A DNA stretch of 64,000 nt from an uncultured Gemmatimonadales bacterium (GTDB lineage Bacteria; Gemmatimonadota; Gemmatimonadetes; Gemmatimonadales; GWC2-71-9). Below, piece by piece: positions 22,440 through 32,086 of the stretch; position 1 is the stretch's first letter; the number at the start of each line of letters is the position of its first letter. The stretch is taken from positions 160,001-224,000 of the forward strand of contig CAWGED010000008.1 in assembly GCA_963821525.1 (NCBI GenBank), in the 5' to 3' direction. The notes beneath the pieces are model-generated. The model did not search any database. It saw only the letters and a program-made list of their open reading frames with translations, and had not been told where the DNA came from. The translations under genes and the position numbers were made by a program.

Positions 22440-22905
22440 ATGCCCAGATGCGCTCGCGTTCTCCCGCTCCTGGTTCTTTTCCTGGTGGCCCGCCCGCTGG
22501 CGGGTCAGTCGTTCGTTACTCCCATACAGGATCTCAACTTTGGCATCGTGATCCGGGGAGTCACTACGTCGGTGACACCCACCGATCCCGTACGGCGCGG
22601 GAGGTTTTACGTAAAGCACATCCTCAATCACAAGGTCGGTCTGCGTTTCACACTGCCGAATCGGCTCGACCGAGTCGGCGGTGGCGCGACGATGCCGATC
22701 AATTTCGGGCGCGAACGATCTGATGATTCAGGGTACCGCGAGCAACTCCGTGCCCGAGTTCTTCAATCCCCACGGCAACCAGAATTACAATCTGGATACC
22801 AGCCCGGACATCTATCTGAATCTGGGAGGCCAGGTCTCCCCGGCTGCCAATCAGCCGACCGGGACCTACATCGGCACCATCACGCTTACCTGCACCTTCT
22901 TCTGA
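22440..22905 (+). CDS. Second DUF4402-type pilin-like protein (frameshift ~22710)
   Basis: QDLNFG; LGGQVSPAANQPTGTYIGTITLT in ORF 22681..22905. Confidence 0.7.
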
Positions 22906-22907
22906 CC

Positions 22908-23735
22908 GTGCGTCAGCTGTTCGCTCTTGTCGCCGTCGTCGCGGGATTCACCCGCGTCGCCGCCGCCCAGGGAGTTCTCGTCGCACCGCACGCTATTTAT
23001 CTCGACCATCGCACCCGCAGCGGGTCCCTGACGCTGTACAACCCCGGCGCCGATCCGGTCGAAATCACGGTCAGTACTTTCTTCGGCTATCCATCGACCG
23101 ATTCCCTCGGTCAGTTCACCATAGTCACGCCCGACTCGGTCGAAGCTGGAATGCCATCGGCGGCGGAATGGATCGATGCCTTTCCCCGCCGGATGACGCT
23201 CGCGCCACTTCAGCGGCAGACGGTTCGCCTGCTGGCTCGACCGCCGCAGGGCCTGGCGGACGGAGAGTACTGGTCCCGCGTTCTCATTTCCGCCAAGGGC
23301 GGGGTGCTCCAGGTCGCACAGGCAGATTCCAGCGGCATTTCGGTCGGATTGAACCTCGAGGTGCGTTCGATCCTGCCGCTCATCTATCGCAAGGGCCAGC
23401 TGCAGACCGGCCTCGCATTGACCGATCTCCGCGCCGGCCGAGAGGGCGATTCGCTGCGGGTCCGGGTCCGCATGGAGCGCCAGGGCGGAGCCGCCTACGT
23501 CGGCACTGCGAAAGGCACTCTGCTGGACGAGAAGGGCAATCAGGTCGACAAGTTCGAGCAGCCGATCGCCATCTACTACACCGCCGAGCCGGCGTTCATG
23601 ATCTCGCTCGCGGGACGAACCTCGGGGCGTTATCGACTGCGTCTCGAGCTCTCCACCGAACGGACGGACATCGCTCCCGAGCTGTTGCTTCGAGCACCAG
23701 TAACCCGCGACTCGATTGACGTGACCTTGCCATGA
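22908..23735 (+). CDS. Periplasmic pilus chaperone-like (PapD-like) protein
   Basis: GVLVAPHAIYL, LTLYNPG, FPRRMTLAPLQRQTVRL, DGEYWSR. Confidence 0.75.
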   Translation: MRQLFALVAVVAGFTRVAAAQGVLVAPHAIYLDHRTRSGSLTLYNPGADPVEITVSTFFGYPSTDSLGQFTIVTPDSVEAGMPSAAEWIDAFPRRMTLAPLQRQTVRLLARPPQGLADGEYWSRVLISAKGGVLQVAQADSSGISVGLNLEVRSILPLIYRKGQLQTGLALTDLRAGREGDSLRVRVRMERQGGAAYVGTAKGTLLDEKGNQVDKFEQPIAIYYTAEPAFMISLAGRTSGRYRLRLELSTERTDIAPELLLRAPVTRDSIDVTLP

Positions 23736-26281
23736 CCCGGACCGTCCGCTTCGTGGCACTGCTCCTTTCGCTGGCCGGGTTCGGCTCGCGACTCGCGGCG
23801 CAACAGGCGGAGCCGGTGCTGATCGAGCTGCAGTTGGGCCGCCTGACCGGACGGACGGTAGAGGCGTTTCGGGCCGGCGACGCGGCGCTGGTCCCGGTCG
23901 GAGCGTTCTTCGACCTCGCAGAGATTCACACGGACCGCCGTTCCGATGGCAGCCTGGAGGCGCTGGTCCAGCCGGGGAATGTGCGGTTCGTCCTCGATCC
24001 CGCAAGCAAGAAGCTCACGCTGGGCAAGGAACGGATCGTCCTGACTGCCGACCAGCTCCAATCCACACCGTCCGATGTCTACCTCGATACGCGAGTCCTG
24101 GGCCGCGCCTTTGGACTCGATTGGGACGTGAGTTGGCAGGACTTGCAGGTCACGGTGCTCGAGCCAGGGGCGTTGCCTGTGGCGCGACGGCTACAGCGGG
24201 AATCCATGATGCGGGCCCGGCTCGCCAGCTCCAGCACCCCCGAATACACCGGCCTGAGGCTGGGTCTTGAGCGTCCCCGGGTGAACGGGATGGTATTCGA
24301 TTACTCCCTGCTGACTCCCACCACCGGATTCGACGCCGGTGCGTACTCCACCATGCTCGGGCTTGATGTCTTTGGCGGTTCGTTCGGGCTGGGACTGCAG
24401 AGTCAGAACGGCACTGGTCGCCCGCCCCGCGCCGATATCGGCTGGAACGGGATCTGGCGGGAGAACCGCTGGTTGACCCAGGCCCAGCTTGGCGACGGGA
24501 TCAGCAGTGGTCCGCGAGCCCGCAGCCTGCGGGGTTTCTCCATTTCGAACAGTCCGTACGTCCGCCCGATGGCCGTCGGCAATCTCCCCTTCACGGGTCA
24601 GCTCGGCACCGGCTGGAGCATCGAGGCATATCGGGGCGGGCGATTGATCGGCTTCGACTCGGTGAACGCGCTGGGCCAATTTTCGTTTGACCTGCCGATC
24701 CAGTACGGCGAGAACCCGGTCGATTTCATCGCCTATGGACCATTCGGCGAGATTCGGGAATTCAACCAGACCTATCGCCTGCGCACCGACGCGCTGCCAG
24801 CCCGCCGATTCGAGTACGGCCTGTCCCTTGGCCAGTGCCGGACCGCCCAGTGCGACGCCACGGGGAATGTCGATCTCCGCTACGGCATCTCTAGTCGCTG
24901 GAGCGCGCGGGCAGGTTTCGACGGATTCTGGCGGACCCGTCCCGGCAATCTCCTGCACCCCTATGCAGGTCTCTTCGGCTCGCTGACCAATTCCGTGAGT
25001 CTCGAAGCCGAGGCGGTGCGAGATGCCGTAGTGCGGGGAGCGCTCCGGTTCGAGCCGTCGACCGATCTTCAGTTCCAGGCTGACGTCTATCGCTTTGCTT
25101 CAGCAGTGCGGGACCCGATCCTGACCCCCGAGGGCAGGACAGACCAGGTAACGCTCTCAGCATTCCTCCGGCCGATCAGCCGGATGGGCTCCAACTACCT
25201 GGAAGCAAGTCTGGACCGGATCAATACCACCTCAGGAAGACTGACGAGCGGCCGACTCGGTGCATCATTCCAGGTGACTGAAGTGCGGATTCTCCCGGCA
25301 GTCCGCTTCCAGCGTCAGGAGACTGGATTCAGCCCCGCAACGAGCGCGACGTTCCTCGGGTTTAACACGTTCATACTCCCTCGCCGGAGCCTCGGGCCGG
25401 TGCTCGGCAGCCTCTCGGCAAGGACGACGTTCGAAATGCAGCCCGGGGTCGGACCGGTCAACGCGTCCGCCTACGTCGGCGCACCGATCCTCAAAGGCCT
25501 CCGGGCGGAGACGGGGATGACCTGGTACCGAGGTAGTCGGAGTCCCGGATTCTCCCTGCTCATCGCAGCCGAACTCCCTACCGTTCGCTCCTACACCACA
25601 GTGACCGCGGGTGGAGGAGCCGAGCCGTTGGGGACCCAGTACATCTCGGGTTCCACCATCTACAATCCGACCCGAAGCAGCATGGATTTCTCGGGTAGCC
25701 CGGCCCTCTCCCGTGGCGGCGTTACCGGTCGAGTGTTTCTGGACCTGAACGCCAACGGGCGAATGGATGAGGGCGAGCAGCCGCTGGCCGGTGTTCGCAT
25801 CGTGGTCGGCCCAATCTGGAGCACGTCGGACTCGAGCGGCCGGTACCGGGCGTGGGACCTCCTGCCCTACGAACCCACGATCGTGGCCGTGGACTCGAGC
25901 ACTCTTGCCTCTCCGCTCTGGGTGCCGGCGTTTGCCGCCGCATCGGTTGAACCGTCGCCCAATCGCTACCGCACCCTTGATATCCCGGTACTCCCGGGCG
26001 GTGTCGTGGAAGGACGGGTGACTGGCCAGGCCATGGGTGGCCTCACCCTTCGGCTCAAGCACAAGGCCTCGGGCGAGCAGCGTATTCTCACGACTTTCAG
26101 TGACGGGACCTTCTACGGAATCGGCATCCGCCCCGGCGACTGGGAACTCACGGTCGACCCCAAGTGTCTCGAGGTCCTCAAGGCGGCAGCCGAGCCACTC
26201 AAGTTCACTATGCTTCCCAACGAAGAAGGCAGCGCGGTAGAAGGCCTCGAGGTTCAGCTCTACTTCGCCACAGACCGGTAA
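23732..26281 (+). CDS. Usher-like outer-membrane protein
   Basis: 849 aa; signal peptide; QLGD...SLRGFSISNSP; IQYGEN; C-terminal GRVFLDLNANG prealbumin-like domains; follows pilins and a chaperone. Confidence 0.7.
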   Translation: MTRTVRFVALLLSLAGFGSRLAAQQAEPVLIELQLGRLTGRTVEAFRAGDAALVPVGAFFDLAEIHTDRRSDGSLEALVQPGNVRFVLDPASKKLTLGKERIVLTADQLQSTPSDVYLDTRVLGRAFGLDWDVSWQDLQVTVLEPGALPVARRLQRESMMRARLASSSTPEYTGLRLGLERPRVNGMVFDYSLLTPTTGFDAGAYSTMLGLDVFGGSFGLGLQSQNGTGRPPRADIGWNGIWRENRWLTQAQLGDGISSGPRARSLRGFSISNSPYVRPMAVGNLPFTGQLGTGWSIEAYRGGRLIGFDSVNALGQFSFDLPIQYGENPVDFIAYGPFGEIREFNQTYRLRTDALPARRFEYGLSLGQCRTAQCDATGNVDLRYGISSRWSARAGFDGFWRTRPGNLLHPYAGLFGSLTNSVSLEAEAVRDAVVRGALRFEPSTDLQFQADVYRFASAVRDPILTPEGRTDQVTLSAFLRPISRMGSNYLEASLDRINTTSGRLTSGRLGASFQVTEVRILPAVRFQRQETGFSPATSATFLGFNTFILPRRSLGPVLGSLSARTTFEMQPGVGPVNASAYVGAPILKGLRAETGMTWYRGSRSPGFSLLIAAELPTVRSYTTVTAGGGAEPLGTQYISGSTIYNPTRSSMDFSGSPALSRGGVTGRVFLDLNANGRMDEGEQPLAGVRIVVGPIWSTSDSSGRYRAWDLLPYEPTIVAVDSSTLASPLWVPAFAAASVEPSPNRYRTLDIPVLPGGVVEGRVTGQAMGGLTLRLKHKASGEQRILTTFSDGTFYGIGIRPGDWELTVDPKCLEVLKAAAEPLKFTMLPNEEGSAVEGLEVQLYFATDR

Positions 26282-26284
26282 GCA

Positions 26285-26311
26285 AACAACCCCGCACCGC
26301 GCGGGGTTGTT
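26285..26311. terminator. Hairpin between convergent genes
   Basis: aacaaccccgc-accgc-gcggggttgtt perfect inverted repeat. Confidence 0.65.
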
Positions 26312-26396
26312 CGAACCCGGGCGGGGAGCCACGGGTCTGTGAAACCGGCCGTTGTTACAGCTGGCCGCAGGTAGGACCGGCCGGCTTCAGTTCGAG

Positions 26397-26738
26397 TTAG
26401 TCGCTCTCCCGGAAGTACCGACCATCACACTCATAGACATACACCTCGCGCAGCCCGGGACGCCGGTCGTCGTAGCGATCGTAGTACCGGTCGCCGCTCG
26501 GGTCATACCAGGCGACAACCCGGTGTCGCGGCTTCTTGTACCAGCCACGATGCCGGCCGTGGTTCCGTTCAACCACGATCACGCGGGCAACATGGTAGCG
26601 AGGGTAGTAGTAGGGATTCACCGCGACCCGAGCAGCGACCGGTCCCTGGTGAATCACGATCTCCGCGCTGACGACTTGAGCTCTGAGCGCCTGAGGAACG
26701 ACCAGCGCGATGACGGCGACAAGCAATTTGGCCTTCAT
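26397..26738 (-). CDS. Small secreted Arg/Tyr-rich hypothetical protein
   Basis: GAGG RBS; MKAKLLVAVIALVV signal peptide. Confidence 0.65.
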   Translation of the reverse strand: MKAKLLVAVIALVVPQALRAQVVSAEIVIHQGPVAARVAVNPYYYPRYHVARVIVVERNHGRHRGWYKKPRHRVVAWYDPSGDRYYDRYDDRRPGLREVYVYECDGRYFRESD

Positions 26739-26920
26739 GCTGACCTCGTTCGATTGGACAGGGGACGCCGGAAGCCAAGGCGAGCCCCATGCCGTGCGGA
26801 AAGTGTCCATCGAACAAGGACTTGCGCCGGATCACCTGGGGAGACGCCGTCCCTTGAGCCGGACGTTGAGCTGGCGAATGTCCCCCAGCGCGGCGGTCCT
26901 CGAATGCGTTGCCTGCCGCC

Positions 26921-26949
26921 TTGACAGCCTCAGAGGTGGCGGACATACT
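26921..26949 (+). promoter_or_regulatory. sigma70-type promoter of the fae operon
   Basis: TTGACA (26921-26926) - 17 nt - CATACT (26944-26949). Confidence 0.75.
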
Positions 26950-27120
26950 AGGTGCCCCTGAGGTTCCGTTTACGAGCCTCGAGCTACCCGCCCTGGCGGG
27001 ACCGCGTGCAGTGGAGTTCATCCGTTCGCACGTCGCTCCTGTGCCCCAGCTCCCGATCTGTCGAGCACACTTATGTGGCAGCAGATCCTTTCTTTCTTTA
27101 AAACGCAGATGGAGGTAGAC

Positions 27121-27633
27121 ATGGCAGCGGATTTCTTCATTGGCGAGTCGCTGGTAGGGGATGGGAACGAGATCGCCCACGTCGACCTCATCATCGGCTC
27201 CAAGAGCGGCGTTGCCGGTGCCGCCTTCGTTAACGCGCTTTCGAACCAAAAGGATGGCTTCAGCACCTTGCTCGCAGTGGTCACCCCAAATCTGCCGTGC
27301 AAGCCCGACACCATTCTGTTCAACAAGGTCACCATCAAGGGCGCCAAGCAGGCGGTCCAGATGTTCGGCCCGGCCCAGACGGCGGTGGCGCGCGCGGTAG
27401 TGGACAGCGTGGCCTCGGGAGTCATTCCCAAGGACAAGGCCAACGACTGGTGCGTCCTGGTCGGAGTGTTCATCCACTGGCAGGCGGAAGACAACAAGAA
27501 GATCTACCAGTTCAACTACGAGGCCACGAAGCAGTCCATCGAGCGGGCGCTCAAGGGCCTGCCGACGGTCGATTCGGTCCTGAGTGGCGCCAAGACCGCC
27601 CGGCACCCGTTCTCGGGGGTCGACGGGGTCTGA
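27121..27633 (+). CDS. fae: Formaldehyde-activating enzyme
   Basis: [49 protein letters not shown]. Confidence 0.97.
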   Translation: MAADFFIGESLVGDGNEIAHVDLIIGSKSGVAGAAFVNALSNQKDGFSTLLAVVTPNLPCKPDTILFNKVTIKGAKQAVQMFGPAQTAVARAVVDSVASGVIPKDKANDWCVLVGVFIHWQAEDNKKIYQFNYEATKQSIERALKGLPTVDSVLSGAKTARHPFSGVDGV

Positions 27634-27659
27634 TTCACCGGCCGGCCAAGACGGAATCA

Positions 27660-27694
27660 ACGAGGGGGCGGGCCGGGCCCGCCCCTTCGTGTTT
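27660..27694 (+). terminator. GC stem-loop after fae
   Basis: acgagggggcgggc / gcccgccccttcgt followed by gttt. Confidence 0.6.
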
Positions 27695-27729
27695 CCCGCT
27701 CACTGTCCAAGACTTTTCGTGGCGAGAAG

Positions 27730-28599
27730 ATGATGCGGAAGCTTCTGTTGCAGCTCGACAGCTCCAGACTGGCGAGCGTGTTTGATAAAATCGTGGCCTA
27801 CGATGCCGGTGCAGACCAGGTCCTGAGTTACGGCGGAGTCGCCCCGGAGGACGTCCGGGACCTGGTTCATGGCTGCATTTTCACCCGCGGACCAAAGGAC
27901 CTGCACAACACGGCGGTCTGGATCGGCGGGAACAACATGTCTCAGGGCGAACAGCTCCTCGCCATGGCGCAGGATGCCCTGTTCAAACCCTTCACCGTTT
28001 CCATCATGCTCGACTCGAACGGGTCCAACACCACGGCGGCCGCCGCGGTGGTGAAGATCGAGCAGGCCATGGACACCGTGAAAGGCAAACGAGTCGTGGT
28101 CGTCGCCGGAACCGGACCGGTCGGGCAGCGGGTCGCTGGACTGCTGGGCAAGGGTGGCGCCAAGGTCGTCATCACCTCGCGCAAGCCGGAACAGGGCGAA
28201 AAGGCCCGGCGCAGCATTGGCGAGCGGTTCGAGATTCCGGTCGAGATTACCGAGCTGAGCAGCCCGGATCAGGCGAGCAAAGTTCTGGACAAGGCGGACA
28301 TTCTGGTCAACGCCGGGCCGGCTGGGGTGATGATGGTTCCCAAGGCCGCCTGGTTCGACCGTGGAGTAAAGGTGGTAGTGGACTTCAACGCCGTTTCGCC
28401 GGTCGGAGTTGAAGGAGTCGAGCTCAACGACGCGGGAGAAAAGCGCGGCGGTGCCGTGGTCTTCGGCGCTTTCGGGGTGGGGAATTTCAAGACCAAGCTG
28501 CACAAGCGGTGCGTAGCACGACTGTTTGAAAAGAATGACCTCGTACTGGACGCCGAGGGGATCGCCGATATCGCGCGGGAGATGCTGGCGGGCTCCTGA
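27730..28599 (+). CDS. Methylene-H4MPT dehydrogenase (MtdA/MtdC-like)
   Basis: KLLLQLD..SVFD..VAYDAG, IFTRGPKDL, LDSNGSNTTAAAAV, GTGPVG. Confidence 0.92.
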   Translation: MMRKLLLQLDSSRLASVFDKIVAYDAGADQVLSYGGVAPEDVRDLVHGCIFTRGPKDLHNTAVWIGGNNMSQGEQLLAMAQDALFKPFTVSIMLDSNGSNTTAAAAVVKIEQAMDTVKGKRVVVVAGTGPVGQRVAGLLGKGGAKVVITSRKPEQGEKARRSIGERFEIPVEITELSSPDQASKVLDKADILVNAGPAGVMMVPKAAWFDRGVKVVVDFNAVSPVGVEGVELNDAGEKRGGAVVFGAFGVGNFKTKLHKRCVARLFEKNDLVLDAEGIADIAREMLAGS

Positions 28600-28622
28600 T
28601 GAAGTCCGTCTAGAGCTTCACC

Positions 28623-29672
28623 ATGGTCCGAGTCATCGGGATCGACCCCGGCACCGTGAGCCTCGATCTTTGCGGATTGGACGGCGAACAGGTCTGGCTG
28701 GATCAATCGCTGCCTACGGCTTCGGCGCTGGAGTCACCCCAATCATTGATAGAGCTGCTACGCGAAGCGGGTCCGGATCTCATCGCCGGCCCGTCCGGCT
28801 ACGGTCTTCCCATGGTCCCCGCCGACGAGCTGCGCGAAGAGGATCTTCGTCTGGCCTACCTTTCTCGACCCGGCGAACCGGGAGGGATCGGAGGGTTGAG
28901 CCGCTTGGCCCGCGCCCTCGCGGATAGCCGGCTGCCGGTGGTGTTCACCCCGGCGGTGATCCACCTGCCGACCGTGCCCCGACATCGCAAGCTCAACCGG
29001 GTGGACCTGGGTACCGCCGAGAAAGTCGCCGCGGCGGCGCTCGGAGTGTGGGATCAGGGCCAGCGGAGGCAGCTTCCTCCCAAGGACACCTCGTTCATTC
29101 TGGTTGATCTTGGGGGCGCGTTCACGGCACTCATCGCCGTGAGTGATGGGCAAGTGGTGGATGGGATGGGAGGCACCAGCGGACCTATGGGTTGGCATTC
29201 GTCGGGCGCCTGGGACGGTGAAGTCGCTTTCCTCGCCGGCACGGTGGACAAGACCATGCTCTTTGCGGGCGGTGTCGAGTCCATTGCCGCGGCGGAAAGC
29301 GGTGAGCCGAACCCCGGCGCAATTGCGATTCAGGGATACGTCGAAGGCGTGATGAAAGGGGTGCTGTCTCTCACCGCGTCGTTGCCCCAGCCGGCCGAGA
29401 TTCTGCTCGCGGGACGCCGGGCCCGGGATCCTCGAGTACGTGATCCTCTGGTCGCCCGGTTGGAAGACATAGCACCGGTTCGGGAGCTCAGCGGTTTCGC
29501 CAAGGTCACCAAACAGGGAGCGCAGGGGGCGGCGCTCATCGCCGATGGCCTGGCAGGCGGGCGCTGGGCTGAGCTGGTAGACACCATGCGATTGCGAGAG
29601 GCTTCGGGCACGGCGCTCGACCATCTCAGCGTGATCACTCCGGCCCGCGCCCGGGAGCGGCTGGGGCTCTGA
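28623..29672 (+). CDS. DUF1464 family ASKHA-fold (butyrate-kinase-like) protein
   Basis: RVIGIDPGT, LIAGPSGYGLP, VIHLPTVP.HRKLNRVDLGTAEK, GAWDGEVA. Confidence 0.85.
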   Translation: MVRVIGIDPGTVSLDLCGLDGEQVWLDQSLPTASALESPQSLIELLREAGPDLIAGPSGYGLPMVPADELREEDLRLAYLSRPGEPGGIGGLSRLARALADSRLPVVFTPAVIHLPTVPRHRKLNRVDLGTAEKVAAAALGVWDQGQRRQLPPKDTSFILVDLGGAFTALIAVSDGQVVDGMGGTSGPMGWHSSGAWDGEVAFLAGTVDKTMLFAGGVESIAAAESGEPNPGAIAIQGYVEGVMKGVLSLTASLPQPAEILLAGRRARDPRVRDPLVARLEDIAPVRELSGFAKVTKQGAQGAALIADGLAGGRWAELVDTMRLREASGTALDHLSVITPARARERLGL

Positions 29673-30830
29673 TGCGCCCATCTCTCCCTTCAGTTCTTCT
29701 GGCCGGCATGTCGGTGCGGGCCATGGCGGAGTCAGCGGCGAAGGACGGCTACCGGGTCACAGCGGTGGATGGCTTCGGAGACCTGGACACAATCCGAGCA
29801 TCGGATCGCGTTCTCACCCCGCGGCGCGACCTCAATCGCCCGTACAGTATCGAACGCCTGGTCACCCTCTCGAAGTTGGTCACGGCAGATTCATTCGCCT
29901 ACGGTGCCAATCTCGAGAACCACCCTGCGGCACTCGGCAGACTGGCGGAGGGACGGACTCTCCTGGGCAATGGAGCTGCCGAGCTCCGCCTCGCACGCAA
30001 CCCGATCAGGCTGGCGAAGATTCTGCGCAGGTATCGACTCGCCGTTGGCAAACGTTCGCACGACTCCTCCCTCCACTGGAGAATGGCTGCTCAAAGGGCG
30101 GCGTTCGGGTGGCGGGCGTGCAATAGTAACGTGGAGAGAGGGCATGCCTGTCCCGCGCTCGTGTTACTTGCAGGAGCGCATTCGCGGGATACCCGCATCA
30201 ATCGTCTTCAGCGCCGATGGTGAGCGGATTATTCCCCTCGCGATCACCCGCCAACTCATTGGAGTTCGATGGCTGGGAGCAGCAGCGTATTGGTACAGCG
30301 GCAACATTCTGGCGCCCGCGAAGGATTCCCATCTCCCTCAAGGCGAGGCGCTTTTCGAACGAGCAAGGGCCGTAGCTGAGGTTATCGCCGAGAGCTGCGG
30401 TCTCAAGGGCGTGAATGGCGTGGACTTCATCGCCCAGGACGGAGTCCCCATCGCTATCGAGGTGAATCCGCGCTACTCAGCTTCGCTCGAGCTGGTCGAG
30501 CGGGCCTTCGGGGTCTCGGCATTCCAGCTCCACGTGCTCGGTTGTCGAAAGAAGTTGCCAGCCTCCCTCGAAATCCCTCGCCGCTTCCCCGCGACAGGCA
30601 AGGCCATTGTCTACGCCCGCCGTGCCGTGATTGCGGGAGAGACTCGCCGTTGGCTGGATGATCCGAGCATCGCGGACATTCCCTGGCCTGGCGAGCGTAT
30701 CCAACCCGGCCATCCGATCTGTACCGTCTTCGCCTCCGCTCGGTCCGCAGCCGAATGCGAGATCAGGCTTCGTGCTCGGGCCGAGAGGGTGTACTCAGAG
30801 TTGACGATTGCGAAAGGACGGGCAGCGTGA
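29672..30830 (+). CDS. ATP-grasp ligase, OrfY/MyfB-like (frameshift ~30045)
   Basis: SVRAMAESA..D.FGDLD; LQERIRG, GVNGVDF, IEVNPRYSAS, GHPICTV. Confidence 0.82.
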
Positions 30831-32086
30831 CGAAGGACAAGGGCACGCTGCCCTTCCGGACGTGCCTTGGCTGCGGCTGCGCCTGCGACGACATCGAGCT
30901 GGAGGTGGTAGACGGACGCATCGCCAAGGCAGCGAATGCCTGTGATCTCGGTCGGGCCTGGTTCGGTGACGGGGTGGTCCCGACGAAAGTGTTGATCGGG
31001 GGCAAGACCGCGACGCTGGAGCAGGCGCTGGATCAAGCGGGGGCGCTTCTGGCCGAGGCGAAGAATCCGATGGTGTATCTCGCCGGGGATCTCACGATCG
31101 AAGCGGCCCGGCACGGGCTGGCCATCGCGGACCGGCTTCGGGCACGGCTCGACAGTCCAGCTTCCGACACGGTGGCGGCGGGCCTCGTCGCCCAGCAGAC
31201 GCGGGGCAGGGCGACTGCCACGCTGGGCGAGTTGTTCAACCGTGCCGACGTCGTGGTGTTCTGGGGAGTTGATCCGGCCGAACGTTACCCGCGATTCCGG
31301 GAGCGCTACTCAGCAGATCGAAAGGGACTCTCGGCGCCGGAGGGGAGGGCGAGCCGTACTCTGATCGCGGTTGATGTGGGCCCGAATAAGGGGCCGAAGG
31401 ATGCCGATCACCGGGTCTCGCTGGCGCCCGACCGTGAGATCGCGGCGCTGGGTGCCCTCCGCGCCGGGGTCGCAGGGCGGCGACAACCCGAAGAGAGTCC
31501 GCTCGTCGACTTGGTAGATCGGCTGATGAAGGCCAGGTACTCGAGTCTGGTGTATGACGCGGAACCGTCGGGGCTTCCGGCCAGCCAGCTTCGGACCGAA
31601 GCGCTGGTCGCGCTCACGCAGGCGTTGAACGGACCGTCTCGAGCGGCACTGACTCCGCTGCGAGCGGGAGGCAACCGAAGCGGGATCGAAGCGCTCAGCA
31701 CCTGGCAGACCGGTTTCCCCTTCGCAGTGGATTTTTCTCGAGGTTTCCCGCGCTATCTCCCTGATGAGAGCGCCTCACGACTGCTCGCGGGGGGTGGAAT
31801 CGACCTGGTGCTCCTTGCCGGATCACCGGCTACGGTGCCGGAGCCGGTGCGCGCCGCGCTGAGATCAGCGCAGGTTGTCGCGATCGGACCGCGAGTGAGC
31901 GAGGCATCGCCCGGCTATGACGTCGCGGTCGACACCGGAATCGCGGGCATTCATGAGGAGGGCACAGCCTACCGGATGGACGACGTCCCGATTCCGTTGC
32001 GTCTGGCATTCAGCGGTCCTCCCTCGGCCCGAGAGGTCCTTCAGGCGCTGAACGCGCGAGTGCTCGGCAATGGGGGTTCGCGATGA
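30827..32086 (+). CDS. fhcB: Formyltransferase/hydrolase complex subunit B
   Basis: CLGCGCACDDI, TLGELFNRADVVVFWG, WQTGFPFAVDF, GTAYRMDDVP. Confidence 0.92.
   Translation: MTKDKGTLPFRTCLGCGCACDDIELEVVDGRIAKAANACDLGRAWFGDGVVPTKVLIGGKTATLEQALDQAGALLAEAKNPMVYLAGDLTIEAARHGLAIADRLRARLDSPASDTVAAGLVAQQTRGRATATLGELFNRADVVVFWGVDPAERYPRFRERYSADRKGLSAPEGRASRTLIAVDVGPNKGPKDADHRVSLAPDREIAALGALRAGVAGRRQPEESPLVDLVDRLMKARYSSLVYDAEPSGLPASQLRTEALVALTQALNGPSRAALTPLRAGGNRSGIEALSTWQTGFPFAVDFSRGFPRYLPDESASRLLAGGGIDLVLLAGSPATVPEPVRAALRSAQVVAIGPRVSEASPGYDVAVDTGIAGIHEEGTAYRMDDVPIPLRLAFSGPPSAREVLQALNARVLGNGGSR

Noticed and set aside
22440..23735. 431-aa pilin-chaperone fusion ORF
   Set aside because: Caused by a frameshift near 22710; the pilin C-terminus is in ORF 22681..22905 and the chaperone has its own GTG and signal peptide at 22908
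26281..26390. c-di-GMP-I riboswitch-like words (GCAAAC...GCCACGGGTCT)
   Set aside because: No GNRA tetraloop or GACGCAAA junction, and no downstream gene on that strand; better explained as a terminator region
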